Shown here piece by piece: positions 1 through 12,195 of a stretch of DNA of 64,000 nt. Position 1 is the stretch's first letter, and the number at the start of each line of letters is the position of its first letter. Origin of the DNA: Basidiobolus meristosporus CBS 931.73 (Eukaryota; Fungi; Basidiobolomycota); NCBI GenBank assembly GCA_002104905.1, contig MCFE01000012.1, forward strand, positions 124,001 through 188,000, written 5' to 3'. The position numbers were made by a program, and so were the translations under genes. The notes under the pieces were generated by a model that saw only the letters and a program-made list of their open reading frames with translations, made no database searches and was not told where the DNA came from.

Positions 1-981
1 TATTTCTTTATTAGCATTGTCATCCATTCATCCTTTTAAGACCTGATCACCCGCTGTAGAATTTCTAATCCTCGTTGTGTAAATGTATAAAATCCCTATC
101 CTTCATGATTTCAACAGGCGAATTCAAAGGAAGTCACACGTACATAAAAGAGATGACAAGCTAACCGACCTGATTCTGATTTGGGGACGTGAAACCATTG
201 CTTAAGTTATACATTGGAACCGTCATGCCCAGATCAATCGATCAATATTATAATTTCGATTCCTGCCACCCGTTATCTTTTGGCATAAAACCGCGTTCTG
301 AAACAGCATATACAAGTTCGAGCCATATGAATTTTGAGCTATTGACGTCATATATCACATAAGCTGACTTGCAGGGCCAAGATGGAAATCAGGGTTTTAC
401 ACCTGATATCTAGTGTGACATGTCTATTGTGTTCGCCTGGTTATGAACATACTTGGGGCGAAGAACGGGCCAAGCCTTAACTGTGAACTGACCTGGGTCT
501 ACCAAATGGCATATCAAACTGGGTAGATTAACTATACTAGAAGTAAATAGTCTCATTGTTGTATCTGGTGAGTATGCAATCTGGAAAATTCAAGTAGCTT
601 ATCCCCAACGTTAGCAAGAATTACCCGAAAAACACTTGCATTACACAGCTTGTACGAATACTAAAAAACGTGCCGACTACTGCGCTTGAATGAAACCGCT
701 CTGGACGCTTGTCACCCACCCACAAGCACCCCAACCAACTCTATTCAAGCCCTGGTATAGACGAACCAAATTTCAAATGTTTACAAGGAAACCCCCATAG
801 CTTGGCTCAACTGTGTTGATGTAACGTAGCCGATTAGCGGCACTCAAGACCTGATTTAAGAAATGAAAATCTCATATGCTACACTTACATATAAGGGTTT
901 AGCAAATTGTTTTATATTGTTTACACTTGGATTGATGAAGATAGGATTACATTAATTAGGGTGCACCTTGTCATGCTTGTC

Positions 982-1953
982 TTAAGCAATATTGGCCAAG
1001 TAATCCTTCACCTCACTAACTGTCAACTTTCTGAATTTGCGATGTTCCTCTGAATCACCGCCACCTATGACGCCGATTTCAATAGAATGCTCAGTCATCT
1101 CTCCTTCATAACCTTCCTTGAGAGTAAGGATCGCGGTATGGATCGCATCATCCAATTCCATTTCCTCATTGTACCTAAGAATATTTGATTATTAATTTGG
1201 TCACAGGTAAATTCACGAGAGGGTCGTACCGCTTTTCAAGGAAAGTTTTGGCGTTGATCATGTTCTTCCCAATAGCAGTAGCCTTCCACGCCCAGTAAGA
1301 GCCGGAGGGATCGACCTGATAGAGGGAAGGTCCATTCTCATCGTAACCGGCGACCAAAAGAGAGACACCAAATGGACGTACACCACTAGAAACTTGGCGT
1401 GAATACGAAAGTAGAAGGGGTTATCATACAGAGAATGGGCACCAACCCTCTTTGGGTGAATTCTTGCATCACGCTAGCTACATCTTTCACTAACATAGTG
1501 TTGGGAGGATCTTCCTGATAGACTCGGCGATAAATTTGCGCACTTTTTCTAGCTTTGTTGACCAATACTCTGGCATCGGGACCCATCCCAGAGTACACTA
1601 GGCCAACATTTGGGCAGATGGTCGAGATCTTTTCTACTGTGGTGGAATCGATGAGAGGGGAGGCTGTTTTCTTCTCAGTGGCGATGACGATTCCGTTTGC
1701 AGCTAATTACCAACGAACAGTTTAAGAAAAAAAGCTTCAGCAAAGAGTTTTAAGTTCACCTAAACCACTGCCCTTCTCCTACCGCCAACACAAAAGAGAG
1801 GCGTGACATAATCGACGAACCAGGAACCAGTTGCTTACCTTTAATTCCAATGCTGGTGACTCCCTGTGCAACAGCGTTGAGCGCGTACTCAATCTGGACA
1901 AGTTTTCCAGAAGGAGAGAAAGTGGTGAGGGAGAAACTGTAGCGATCCGACAT
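982..1953 (-). CDS. PRE8: 20S proteasome subunit alpha type-2 (4 exons)
   Basis: Exons ~1953-1839, 1702-1446, 1385-1230 and 1174-982, joined at GT-AG sites, give [28 protein letters not shown]...[11 protein letters not shown]...[20 protein letters not shown]...KDYLANIA*. This is the canonical alpha-2 (PSMA2/Pre8) sequence. Confidence 0.96.
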
Positions 1954-2507
1954 TATCTAATGGTAAACTCAAACTACCAAGTATCAACTAGAACGAGTAT
2001 ATTATTATTCCTTGAATTACGGAAATTCTTGCTATGCATTACGAAAATGATTACGTCTTACCCTAGTAGCCCCCTGTACTGCTTAAGTATTTTTTTACCA
2101 AAGTCTGATTTCACGTAATACTCAACCATGGGTTTAATCAGTCTACATAATTATAAACCAACAATGGATACGCGCTTTCGAAATGAACCTACCACGAAAC
2201 CGGCCAGCTGCCCACTAACTTGCGCGGCTCCACATGCAAGATTCCTCATTACGTTGGTGTGTACTAGATAGTTAACTGCATAATACATCCATACTGTGTA
2301 TGCAAAGACGGCTTGTATGAATCTGACATGGATATTTCTAGCAATATTGATGGCTTGGTATTGAAGTATTTTAATGATGAGCTCTAGGATCCAGTAGTGT
2401 TACAAAAAACTATAAAATTAGGCCGACTTAAGGTATTTTCATCGAAAACAATGGTGGCAACGAGCAGAAAAATGCCAGTTATCTCCTCAAATAACAATGC
2501 AAGAATG

Positions 2508-3561
2508 TTAAACTTTTTCGTAGCCATCCTTGGATCTGTTAGCTTCTTCTTGCTTGGACTCCAGATCTTTGATGTAAGTGTAGAAGCAGCTACCGGCCAA
2601 AATTAAAGTGATTCCAGAGACACGTGAACCGGTTAGAATGTCTCCAAAGCAGTAAACTGCCAAAATGGTTTGAAGAACACCACGGACTGCCGAGGAAATC
2701 ATGTGAGTGACCGGCGAAGTAACTTTGATCTGTAGAAAACCTGCAATGTTAATTAGGAATCCGAAGAACCCGGTAACCAAGGCGCCAATGATGAAAGTAC
2801 GGATATGAACAGTATTCTCTTCCGAGCCGAACAAAGCGTATAGTCCTTGAACCTCGCTGTTAAGGAAGATGACTGGAACCAGAGCGAACGCAGAGAGGAT
2901 ATTATTATAATACACAAGCTCCATGGTATTATTATTTACCACTTCCAAGGACTTCTTAATAACGATGGCGTGTGTGGCAGTTGTAACACTTGAGATAACT
3001 CCAAATAAGATGCCAGTCAATGACACATTGAAAACGACCATTTCGCCAGCCACTCCGACGAAGAATCCACTGCATACGATAGCACAGGCCAAAATCACCA
3101 TCAAAGACGACTTCTTCTTGAGAACAACCCAGCTCAAGACCACGGTAAATGGCAACACCAAAGCGCGCGCAACTTGGTAAAAAGAAGCATCAAGGTATTG
3201 TAAGCACAGGGTATTAAATGTAAGTCCAATAACGTTGATGGTGATCAAAGGCGCAAGCGCAACGCAGGTTTTCAGATTCAGCTTGGGAATGACGAACAGA
3301 TTGAAGAGACTGCTCAAGTGGAAGAAAATCACCGCCAGTGCGATTTGAGCCCACAAGAATGTAACGGGAACGGAGACTGCATTTAGTACCCACTATGATC
3401 AATTAAACGGTTAGAACCAAGGTAGTTTTGATAGCAGGCACTTCGAAGAATACCTTATTCGCCATAACCATCACCAGGGCGGTTACTATGTAGAAGGATA
3501 CAGAAAAAGCGACCAGCTTACGGTCGCCATTTTCGGGAGCTTTGGTACCGTCGGTAGTCAT
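2508..3561 (-). CDS. GDP-fucose transporter-like nucleotide-sugar transporter (TPT/SLC35C1-like, 2 exons)
   Basis: ATG at 3561 (MTTDGTKAPENG...VMANK), intron ~3453-3393, then WVLNAVSVPVTFLWAQI...YLDASFYQVARALVLPFTV...IKVTSPVTHMISSAVRGVLQT. About 10 hydrophobic segments, with motifs typical of SLC35C1/TPT-family transporters. Confidence 0.82.
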
Positions 3562-4762
3562 TAATGAATAAGATGGAGACAATAAAGGGAAGTTACCAAG
3601 CGTACGCAAAAATAACTACATCCGAGAAGCTATAGCGCTAGTATTTATGTTGAAACTGATAGGCTAATCAATAAATTAATTATATTCCCAGTAGGCGTAA
3701 GAGATCAAAACGTGGGACGCTAAAATCATTACACCATATATATCTAGTACTTAAATTATCATTTGTTACCTGATGCCCCTCGCAAAAATAGATTTGCCCC
3801 ATTCAACAGAGATATGAATATTTTTGGATAGCCCTACACAGTATCACCGCCAAATCGCGAGCGTATGGCCCACCCATTGGCTGTGCCTTAGCAATCACTA
3901 CATTAGGTACGATAAGAGTGGAAGCATCGATGCCAGTAAATAAGTAATTGGGCACAATCGAATATGTGCGCGATAAGATCGATAAGGTCATAATTGTGGT
4001 ACCAGGGAAACGTACTTCAAACACACTCATTGCCATAGGTTGAGGCTGTAGAGCCTGCTAATGTGAAGCGACCAACTCACTATCTTCTAGCCAACACAAT
4101 AGGCGTAGCGGCGATTAGTTTTGACGCCAGAATATGATATTCCCTCTGGGTGGATGGTGTCATGGTCAGCGTAAACGTAGCGCATACCCAAAGCAAAATG
4201 ACGGTCTCGTTTACCAATCCTCAGTCCCCGGTATGTAAGACAGATTTTATTGCCAGTGTGTCACAAATAACCGATCAGGATCTTTGGCTACATTTTCATT
4301 TATTTCTCATACCAGCCTATCTTGTGTGTTCACTGACTTGTTTCCCGGATGACGGTCCAAACCAGGTTGGAATCTACTACAGCCCCAGGCACTACACCCA
4401 TTTCCAGTTTAAGTGACATGTACACTAAGGCATACTCGATCTTGGATCTGGTTTAGGGTTGGTTGAGTCACTAGAGGAATCACGGGGACTCAACATGATA
4501 TCATTGGACTATTCTTGATGACAATACAGATGGTGGATGTATCTTTGATGGTTAATATAAGCACACAATGTCTGATTAAAAAATCATACCTTATGGAGTC
4601 GATTTATCGACGGTGTGGTGCGTTTACAGGCACTTTGTGCTCTATGCTTAAAATTAATTTTTATGATATGCTGAAAACAAAGTAGCAATCATTGATTATT
4701 ATGGATTGACTAGAAAAATAGCTTATTTGGTTTCTACAGGCGTATTACATAGAGACTTCAAC

Positions 4763-6721
4763 ATGGAGTTTTCTGTAGCAACTGCATCCAACGACACGGA
4801 GGCTGCTTCTTTCTCTCAACAGGAGGGAAATGGTGTAGTTGTTGAAGATCAGGCGATTGAAGAGGAATCTGTACCGATGGAATATAGCAGTGTTGAAATC
4901 GCCTCAACCGAGCAAAAGGATGCAATTGCATCAGAAGAGCAATATTACCACCAACCTTACCAATTAATAGATTACGACTTCAGCCAAAAATGTGTCTGCG
5001 TTGGCCAAACAAGCGATTTCCCTCACGAGACACCTACCTTCGAAAGGAATCAATCCAATTTCTTCAAGAGCGCCAAATGGTAAACAAAACATTGCTGCCT
5101 GGGAACGCGTTTTATAGAATAACGAAGTTTCCATGCAGGTCTCCCGACGGAAGCTGCTTGCTCACCAGCACTAATGATGACGTGATCCGTCTCCTGGAAC
5201 TGTATCCTTTTTGAATATGCATATGGGGCTTTGTAATATCTCACAGCTTTGCTGGTAGTACATTCTTTGACTCTAATTCAAGCCCTACAGACATCATGGA
5301 GGTTACGGAAGGTATGATATCTGATTGAAGCTATCCATTATTGCATGTATTTAACCGCTTCCGATATACAGCAACCGGGCTGAAGTCGCTTCTTCAGGTG
5401 GCAGAAGCGGAGACCATCTACGATGTTTCCTGGTACCCGTTAATGAACGTTCAAGGTAGAGAGGATCACGATTTCATCCATATGTTCAGTAGGTAACCGA
5501 CTTCGTGTGGTTAGATCCAGCCACCTGTTGTTTTGTCACCTCTTGTCGTGATCACCCGGTTCATCTATGGGACGCTTTTTCTGGACAGGTAGGGTGATAT
5601 AAATTTGGCCTCATCAGGACATGTCTTAGCTAAAGCTTCCTCAAGCTACGCGGATCTTATAGTGTTATTGACCATCGGGAGCAGATGATCGGCTCGAATT
5701 CTCTTTGCTTCAATCTAGACGGCACCAAGTAAGGATCAATTGTTGGAACAGTCTAGAGCGTTACAGCTTTAACGGATGTTTTCAAGGCTTTACTGTGGTT
5801 TCAACAACGCAATCCACATCTTTGATACAGCTCGACCTGGCCGTGATTGCTCCAAAATAGCCACTACACCCTCTCGTAAAAGTAGAAAGGGCCAGAAAGG
5901 TTGGTAGATTTGACTTGATTGTTTTTCGGAATCCAAACTAAACGGCGACGAACTCCAGGCGTCATCTCTTGCATCTCGTTCAATCCGGATCGCTCTGGTC
6001 TGTACGCCGCAGGATCCTACTCTAAAACCGTCGGGCTGTATGCTGAGAATGACAATAAGCTGCTCTCTTTACTAAAGGGTCCGCAAGGTGGCCTGACACA
6101 GGTTTGTTACCGATGTAACTACTTGAGGCTCATGGTGGCTTACCTCACTCACGCTTAGGTTCAATTCTCTCCCGACGGAAGATACTTGTATTCTGTATCA
6201 AGGAAGGAGGATGAAATTTATTGTTGGGATATTCGAGATACTGGTGAGGTGCTATTCACCTTGAAGCGCTATGGCGATACGAATCAGAGGATATCGTTCG
6301 ATGTAGATTTAAGCGGGCGCTTCTTGCTAACTGGTGACCAAGTAAGATGCGGAACTATTCTGATACTAATATCCTGTGGATAATCTAACCCTGAATATAC
6401 AGAATGGCATGTTAAGCACGTATAGCGTAAACCCATCATCCTCCCAGGCGGAGCTTGTCTTGTCTTTGCCTGCCCATGAAGGTACATCCTTCCCGTTTCC
6501 AATATTGTATTCTCAGTAGGTTCTGACCCTGTTCAAATCTAGACCTCATCTCCGCGGCATCTTTCCATCCCACTCTTCCTCTCCTTCTAACTTGCTCTGG
6601 CCAACGGAAGTTCCAGATCAGTGAAGACGACGAAGAACTAACGATCGACAACTCCTTGAAAATATGGAAAGTCCCTGCAAGTTACAATTGGTACCTTGAT
6701 GGCAGTATTTACAACCCATAG
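4763..6721 (+). CDS. WRAP53: Telomerase Cajal body protein 1 (TCAB1/WRAP53/Swt21) WD40 protein, about 11 exons
   Basis: Spliced exons give NFFKSAKWSPDGSCLLT, ETIYDVSWYPLMN, CFVTSCRDHPVHLWDA, LYCGFNNAIHIFDTARPG, GLYAAGSYSK, GGLTQVQFSPDG, TNQRISFD and FHPTLPLLLTCSGQRKF. These are characteristic TCAB1 motifs. Stop TAG at 6719-6721. Confidence 0.9.
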
Positions 6722-7103
6722 CGCCTCCTCTTTCCGCGGCCATTCTCGCCTTTCCTCTATTGCAACTCCACGACCCAATCCCATGAATTAAACACATCGA
6801 TGTTCAAGTCAATTTATAGAGCACGAGGGTGTGTATAGACTCTGAACACATACATAGAATTTCCCTTTATGGCTCACAAAATAAAGTTCTACATCAACGC
6901 TATATTATACGTCGATCCAGTAACCTACGTGGAGTCACAAAACTAGTCAAAAATAGGTATTTTGTGATCGAGAAATGGCATGGCAGTGGTGGGGGAAAGT
7001 CGCACAGACACGAAATATGCATCTCAGGAATCAACTAATGTGAGAGCAGTGGCATATCATCACAGCATCATGTGATTTGCAAATGGAGAGATCGTAGGAC
7101 TCA

Positions 7104-8938
7104 TTAGTTCTTATAGATAGGGTCTCGAGGATCCCAGCTGTCCCGATCACATACAATCAAGGGCTCGTATTGAATCTCGTCCCCAGAAGGATCAATACCC
7201 TGAATAGCACAGACTCGGATGGTGTACGATTTGAAGAAAAGCTTATACTTCAACACCCCACGAAAAGTCAGTTCGTACGGGTGCCGAAGGATTTGATACC
7301 TAAAACAACGGGTCAGTTTCTTCGAAAAGGAATCCAGAAGACAGCTACTGTACCATTTGTTTTCTGCTTCGTCTGTGACTTTTCCTGGGTTTCTAAGTCT
7401 TATCTGTGCAGTGACGTTGTTAGATGTTCCACTGATACCGTATCCAGGCCTAAATGTTATAGGTTCGTCGAGGTGGTCTAAATTTCCAAGGTATTCAGCC
7501 GGGCGAGTCCCTGGTACAATAATAGGTGGTTAAATTTCTGCTAAAGAGGATCCGAAACTTGCATTTCCAACCTCGCTTCTCCTGATACGATTGGTGAATG
7601 TCAGTTGTACGATCCTCGGTAGTGTTGCCTCGCTTTATTGGCGTAGCGAAGATGCCCACATCGACTGTTGAGATCTCCACAGCCCAGACGTTCCAGTTTT
7701 CACCTTTGAGATGGGCATCAAACACAAGCTCTTTTTCTGCAGCCAAGACATTCTTAACTGCCGTGAGAGTTACATTGGACAACGGTATGGTGGAAAAGGC
7801 ATACACGAAACAACACAAGACTCCAAGAAAAAGGAATGGTATAGTCCCAAAGAGAGGATATTTCTTTTGCTGACTTCTAGCCCGAAAAAACAGGCCAATT
7901 GTTAGAATACCGTGGGGCAATGTTATGTATCAATTCATGTGTGTACCTGCTCCGTCTTCTTCTGGCTTCGGAGGGGTTCATCTTCCAGAACAGAGGCAAC
8001 GTCTCCTCGGCCTCGGATTGGTTTCTTCCGCTTTGTTGTATGGGTGGTACATATCCTTTGGCTCTGCGAGAATTTTTGCCAGGAGTGATGCTTTTGGGCC
8101 GATGAACTGGTGAGCTAGGTAGAGACTTGGCTCGCTGCCCGGAGCTTTTCCATTTCGCAGAAAAATAGCCGTCCTCGCCTTCCGATTCTAGACTGGATCC
8201 TGAATCATAAAATTGGTTGGAACCCCCTCCTCTATCATATTCCCCAGCCCTGTAATACTCCGCATCTGAAACAAGAGGGGAGGCGTTTTGAGAGGGAACA
8301 GGGGTGTTGGGGGAAAATAGAGGCGATTCAACTGATTTACGGTCCAGCTTGTCACCTAGATACCCACTTTTTTGATTGGCAAGGCGATTGTGATTGCGGT
8401 GCTTTGGATAAACAAACTCCTCATCAGACGCATCTATATAATCGATATTCAGACCTCATCTAAGCATTCAGGGATCATAACTAATCTCGGCAAGTTACCT
8501 CCTACATCACTGACATACGCGCTCATCCGTGCCCCTAAGTTGCCAGGGAATAGAGCTGACCTGCGATCGTTGGTGTTCAGGGGCTGACGCTGCTTTTTTT
8601 TCCCGCGGGCCTTCGGATTCATGGACCCAGAGCCATCCTGCTAAATAATGTCTGCGAGTCAGATGCAGTGGGTGATAATACTTCAGTGGGACTCTTACGA
8701 CTGGAGCTTTTTTACTTCGCAGAGAACCTCGCATATTCCCGTCCGAATTGTCAACTCTCTCGATGATTAACTCACGTGGCTGTAGAGCATTGACAGAGGG
8801 TTTGGCCTTGACTGTGCTTTTCTTCTCCCCAGCTGGAGGCTCACTAAATATTCGTGTTTTAGTCGTGGCTTTATCTTCGTAGGAGTTTGCTAAGCTCTCG
8901 ATATCACTGTTTGGGCTTTGCTTAGTATTTGCATTCAA
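7104..8938 (-). CDS. VAC7: Vac7-like vacuolar membrane protein (low-complexity N-terminus, one TM segment, conserved C-terminal domain), multi-exon
   Basis: Ser/Pro-rich N-terminal exons (8938-8520 and ~8440-7955), then a TM segment (LFGTIPFLFLGVLCCFVYAF). This is followed by PLSNVTLTAVKNVLAAEKELVFD, EYLGNLDHLDEPITF, QIRLRNPG and W-YQILRHPYELTFRGVLKYKL, resembling the Vac7 C-terminal domain. Some exon boundaries are uncertain. Confidence 0.6.
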
Positions 8939-11150
8939 GTGCTTGGGTTGGGCAGACTTGACGGAAGGAGCTCTAAATTTGGATTAGCGTCGACCCAAGT
9001 AAAGTGCGAGGAGCATATACTTCAAGAACCTTTTGGTGTTCTTAGAATGCAAGAAGAGTGCAGCCTGCTCATCTAGTTCATGGTCATCGAGATCAGTGAG
9101 TCGATTTAACATTAGGGGGATATCTCGTATATCGTCGGGAGTCTTTCAATTACTCGAGGTAAAAGAGCTATGAGTTATTCGAGACAAGATAATGGAGAAG
9201 AATAGGTTGCTTGAAAAGTTTCGATTCTGTGCTGGTAGTTATAGCGTAGCAACTATCCCAAGTATCTCAAGTGTATTGGTAGAATAAAAACCACCTTGGT
9301 AAGCACAGAAACAGATTAAGCTACATATATACAGACGTTCATTCAGAGGAAATAGCTCTGCTGATCCAAATCGCCTTACTAAGATCTCATTTTAGATCAC
9401 ATTACATTTGATTTAGTTACATTATCAAGTATGCTACATACATTAGAATGCAAGACAATGGATTATGGCAGTCACCTTGCCATTTAAGTCGGATTTCATT
9501 TATTTATTGATTAATCATTCCGTAGAAGCGATTGGAAAGGGAGCAAGACAGGAGATGACATGGCTTTGTGGCTAATAAATTAGGTATGCTGAATGACTGG
9601 CTGCTCAGTGACAATAGCATCATGCAGCCAATACCAATCCACCAACCTCGTAACCACAATTACGATGTGTTCACTGCTTGACCTCGCTGAATGGAGCAAC
9701 CCCAATTAACAGCCAGCCACAGTTACCGCGAAGGGAATTTATACCACCATTCACTTGTTGGATCTCCTCATTAGTACAAGTACCTAGAGGTACAGCGCCG
9801 TATTTGAATCTGCAGAGAGCCAGGGAAATTGGTGAAGCTCCTGATGTCTGTGGAAGAGTCGACAAAATTCAGATGAAAACTCTCAGCATTTCGGAGGAAC
9901 CCCCCTATGCTGGCAACCGTTTCCCGTTTAGAAACCGCCAAACAAATTGAATCCTCCTCAATTTGGAGGAAGCATAGTGGCAACGAACCAGTATGGGCAG
10001 GCGATGGTTACAGGACACGAATGAAAGTGACACTCGAGGCTTGAAGAAGCCAGATAAAATCTTGAACTACTTCAAAACGTGTATCCCTACAGGAAAGAGA
10101 GTTACCCTGTTACTAACACCACCATGGATCGCTCATTCCTTCTATCTAAATGTGATACTATAATTATATATTTCTCAAGCGATTATCAGCCGATAGAGTG
10201 TTATGGAACATGACGTAAACACCGATAGATTCCGGAATGAAGTTTGGGGTCCTCATACAAATATACCCTATATAGTTTCCAGGGTAGCTTTAGAATCATG
10301 GTAGATAGCATATATGGAAAATCCCTTGTGCTGCTTGGAGTGCACTTGTGAACTAGGGGCGCAATGTTGGATTATTGCCAGCCTACGACTTGGGTGCAGT
10401 TTAATTAATGCAGCCCTCTAAGCACGGATCGTCTCGCAGCATTTGGCAAATTATCCTGCTGCAATCACTACTATTGTTGAGAAACGAGTTATTACTGATC
10501 CATGCCATGCTGTATTTGTGCGAGGTGGCTTTAAACAATGGGATTGATCCTAGTGCTCACCATGCGCCATACCGCAAGTATATCCTGTATTCCATGATGT
10601 AATAGTACCGAGGTTGGGCCTCTCGTTATTTTCGTGATGGTCCTAACGATGATCATGAGAAAGGTGTCCTCGGTGTTGGCAGCATGTTGTTTGGGTGCTA
10701 TCAGCCTTCCAAGATTCACAATCGCATTATAGGTTACGGACCGATACAACCAGATAGAGCGCTGACATGCTAGGCTCCAAGTATCCGAAAAGGGTTGCTA
10801 TGTTTGGTAAATAAAAGAATTTATTTCCAACATCCAATGGAAATCTATACTAGAAATGGAAAGTGGAACAAATCGTATCGCCTTAAACAACCATATCGCT
10901 AGAAGGATTGACTAGTCAAAAGAGTTACTCAAATTGGGATGAAGAGCAGCTGTAACGATTCTTCAACAGGGCGAACGCTTTTCCATTATTTACAATACAC
11001 ATTGTACATACGTAATAATAACTTCGATTGTTCGAAATGACGACTACTTGTCCCTGACTATTTACAGCATTAACATAAGGCCAAAGGGAGAGTTACTTGA
11101 AAAAATCGGGTGGAAGTGTACGCTCTACTGCGATGGCTGTAAGTCGAGAC

Positions 11151-12195
11151 TCATTTCTTTCGACGCATCATTGATCTGGTAATTCGTCCGTCTCCCGCTT
11201 TGTGAATGACAAGTTCCTTGGCGACTCGCCTTACTGCTCTTCTAATTTGCTTGTATTCCTTTCTTAGAGCTTTCATTTTTCGTACAATCTCTTTAACTGG
11301 TATGGGGTGGATATCTTCGGGTTGTGGTTTGCGGTCCTCCGTGGGCATGGTGTCTAACTTTTCGTCGGAAACAGTGACATCTTCAGACGTAGCACGTGAA
11401 GAAACAGGGGTGTTTTTCTTCGATCTGGCGCGTTGGCTTCGACTGTGCTTTCTTTTGTCGTGAGTCTGGGATTTCTGGGGGGTTGGCTTGGTTGCTTGGG
11501 TTGTTGGTGGTTGGTCGACGTTGTGGTCGATTCCAGACTCCGATTCATCATAAAGCACTCTTCTTCTCTTTTTGCTGGGCGTTTTTTGTTCCCGTAGATG
11601 CCTTTTCTGAGGGGCATGAGGTTTCGAGACGGTCTCTTTAGGCTTGTTCTTCTCCTGTTCAGTGGTCGAGCTGTCCACTTGCATTGCAATAGGTGGAACC
11701 TCTTTATCCTTTCCCCAGAGTTTCCACATGAATTTCTTGCCGAGTTCCCCGGTCTGTAGATAATTCATGGCTATTAAGACTCCAGGATCGGTCAAAAAAG
11801 CGCTACAGCGTGAAAACTCGTTCAAGGGATGGGTATCCGGTCTAAAAGGGGTTAGCTCGCAATCCTTACACACCGAGCTAGCATCATACAAACGGTTAAT
11901 AAATATGCGCTGATACACGAAAAGAATTCCCCCTACAATTTGTTGTCTTCAAAATATCGGACCAAGCATTCGTCTCGCTCTAGTTTTCGTGAAAGCATGC
12001 TACGGTCAATTTCTGTAGGTGGAACTATCTACAAACCACCAAGAACAATTGAGTATAGGGAGGGAGACAGCGACTCGTGTGCAGTTTTACCATTGCTGGC
12101 CACCAATAGTCCGCGCTCTCATCTAAGGGATCAACGAGCACCACTTCTCTTCCTTTGAAACGCGTGGGTGGTCTATTTTCGTCCTCCTTATGCAT
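11151..12195 (-). CDS. PWWP-domain protein with basic disordered tail (3 exons)
   Basis: Exons 12195-12091, 12028-11937 and 11877-11151 give VVLVDPLDESADYWWPAMIVP...ECLVRYFEDNKFSVC...LTPF, a PWWP/Tudor-like fold. It is followed by a K/R/S/P-rich tail ending RITRSMMRRKK. The start codon is uncertain. Confidence 0.7.

Noticed and set aside
4060-4082. GTGAGT...TTAG, 23 nt on the minus strand, resembling a micro-intron
   Set aside because: No supported flanking exons, and all real introns here are about 50-80 nt.
4432-4470. ILDLGSGLGLV, resembling SAM-methyltransferase motif I
   Set aside because: It is followed by a stop within ~25 codons, with no other methyltransferase motifs or exon structure; likely chance.
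9600-10800. Several 60-90 aa ORF-track entries between the Vac7-like and PWWP genes
   Set aside because: No recognisable domains or consistent splice structure; they overlap on both strands as expected by chance.
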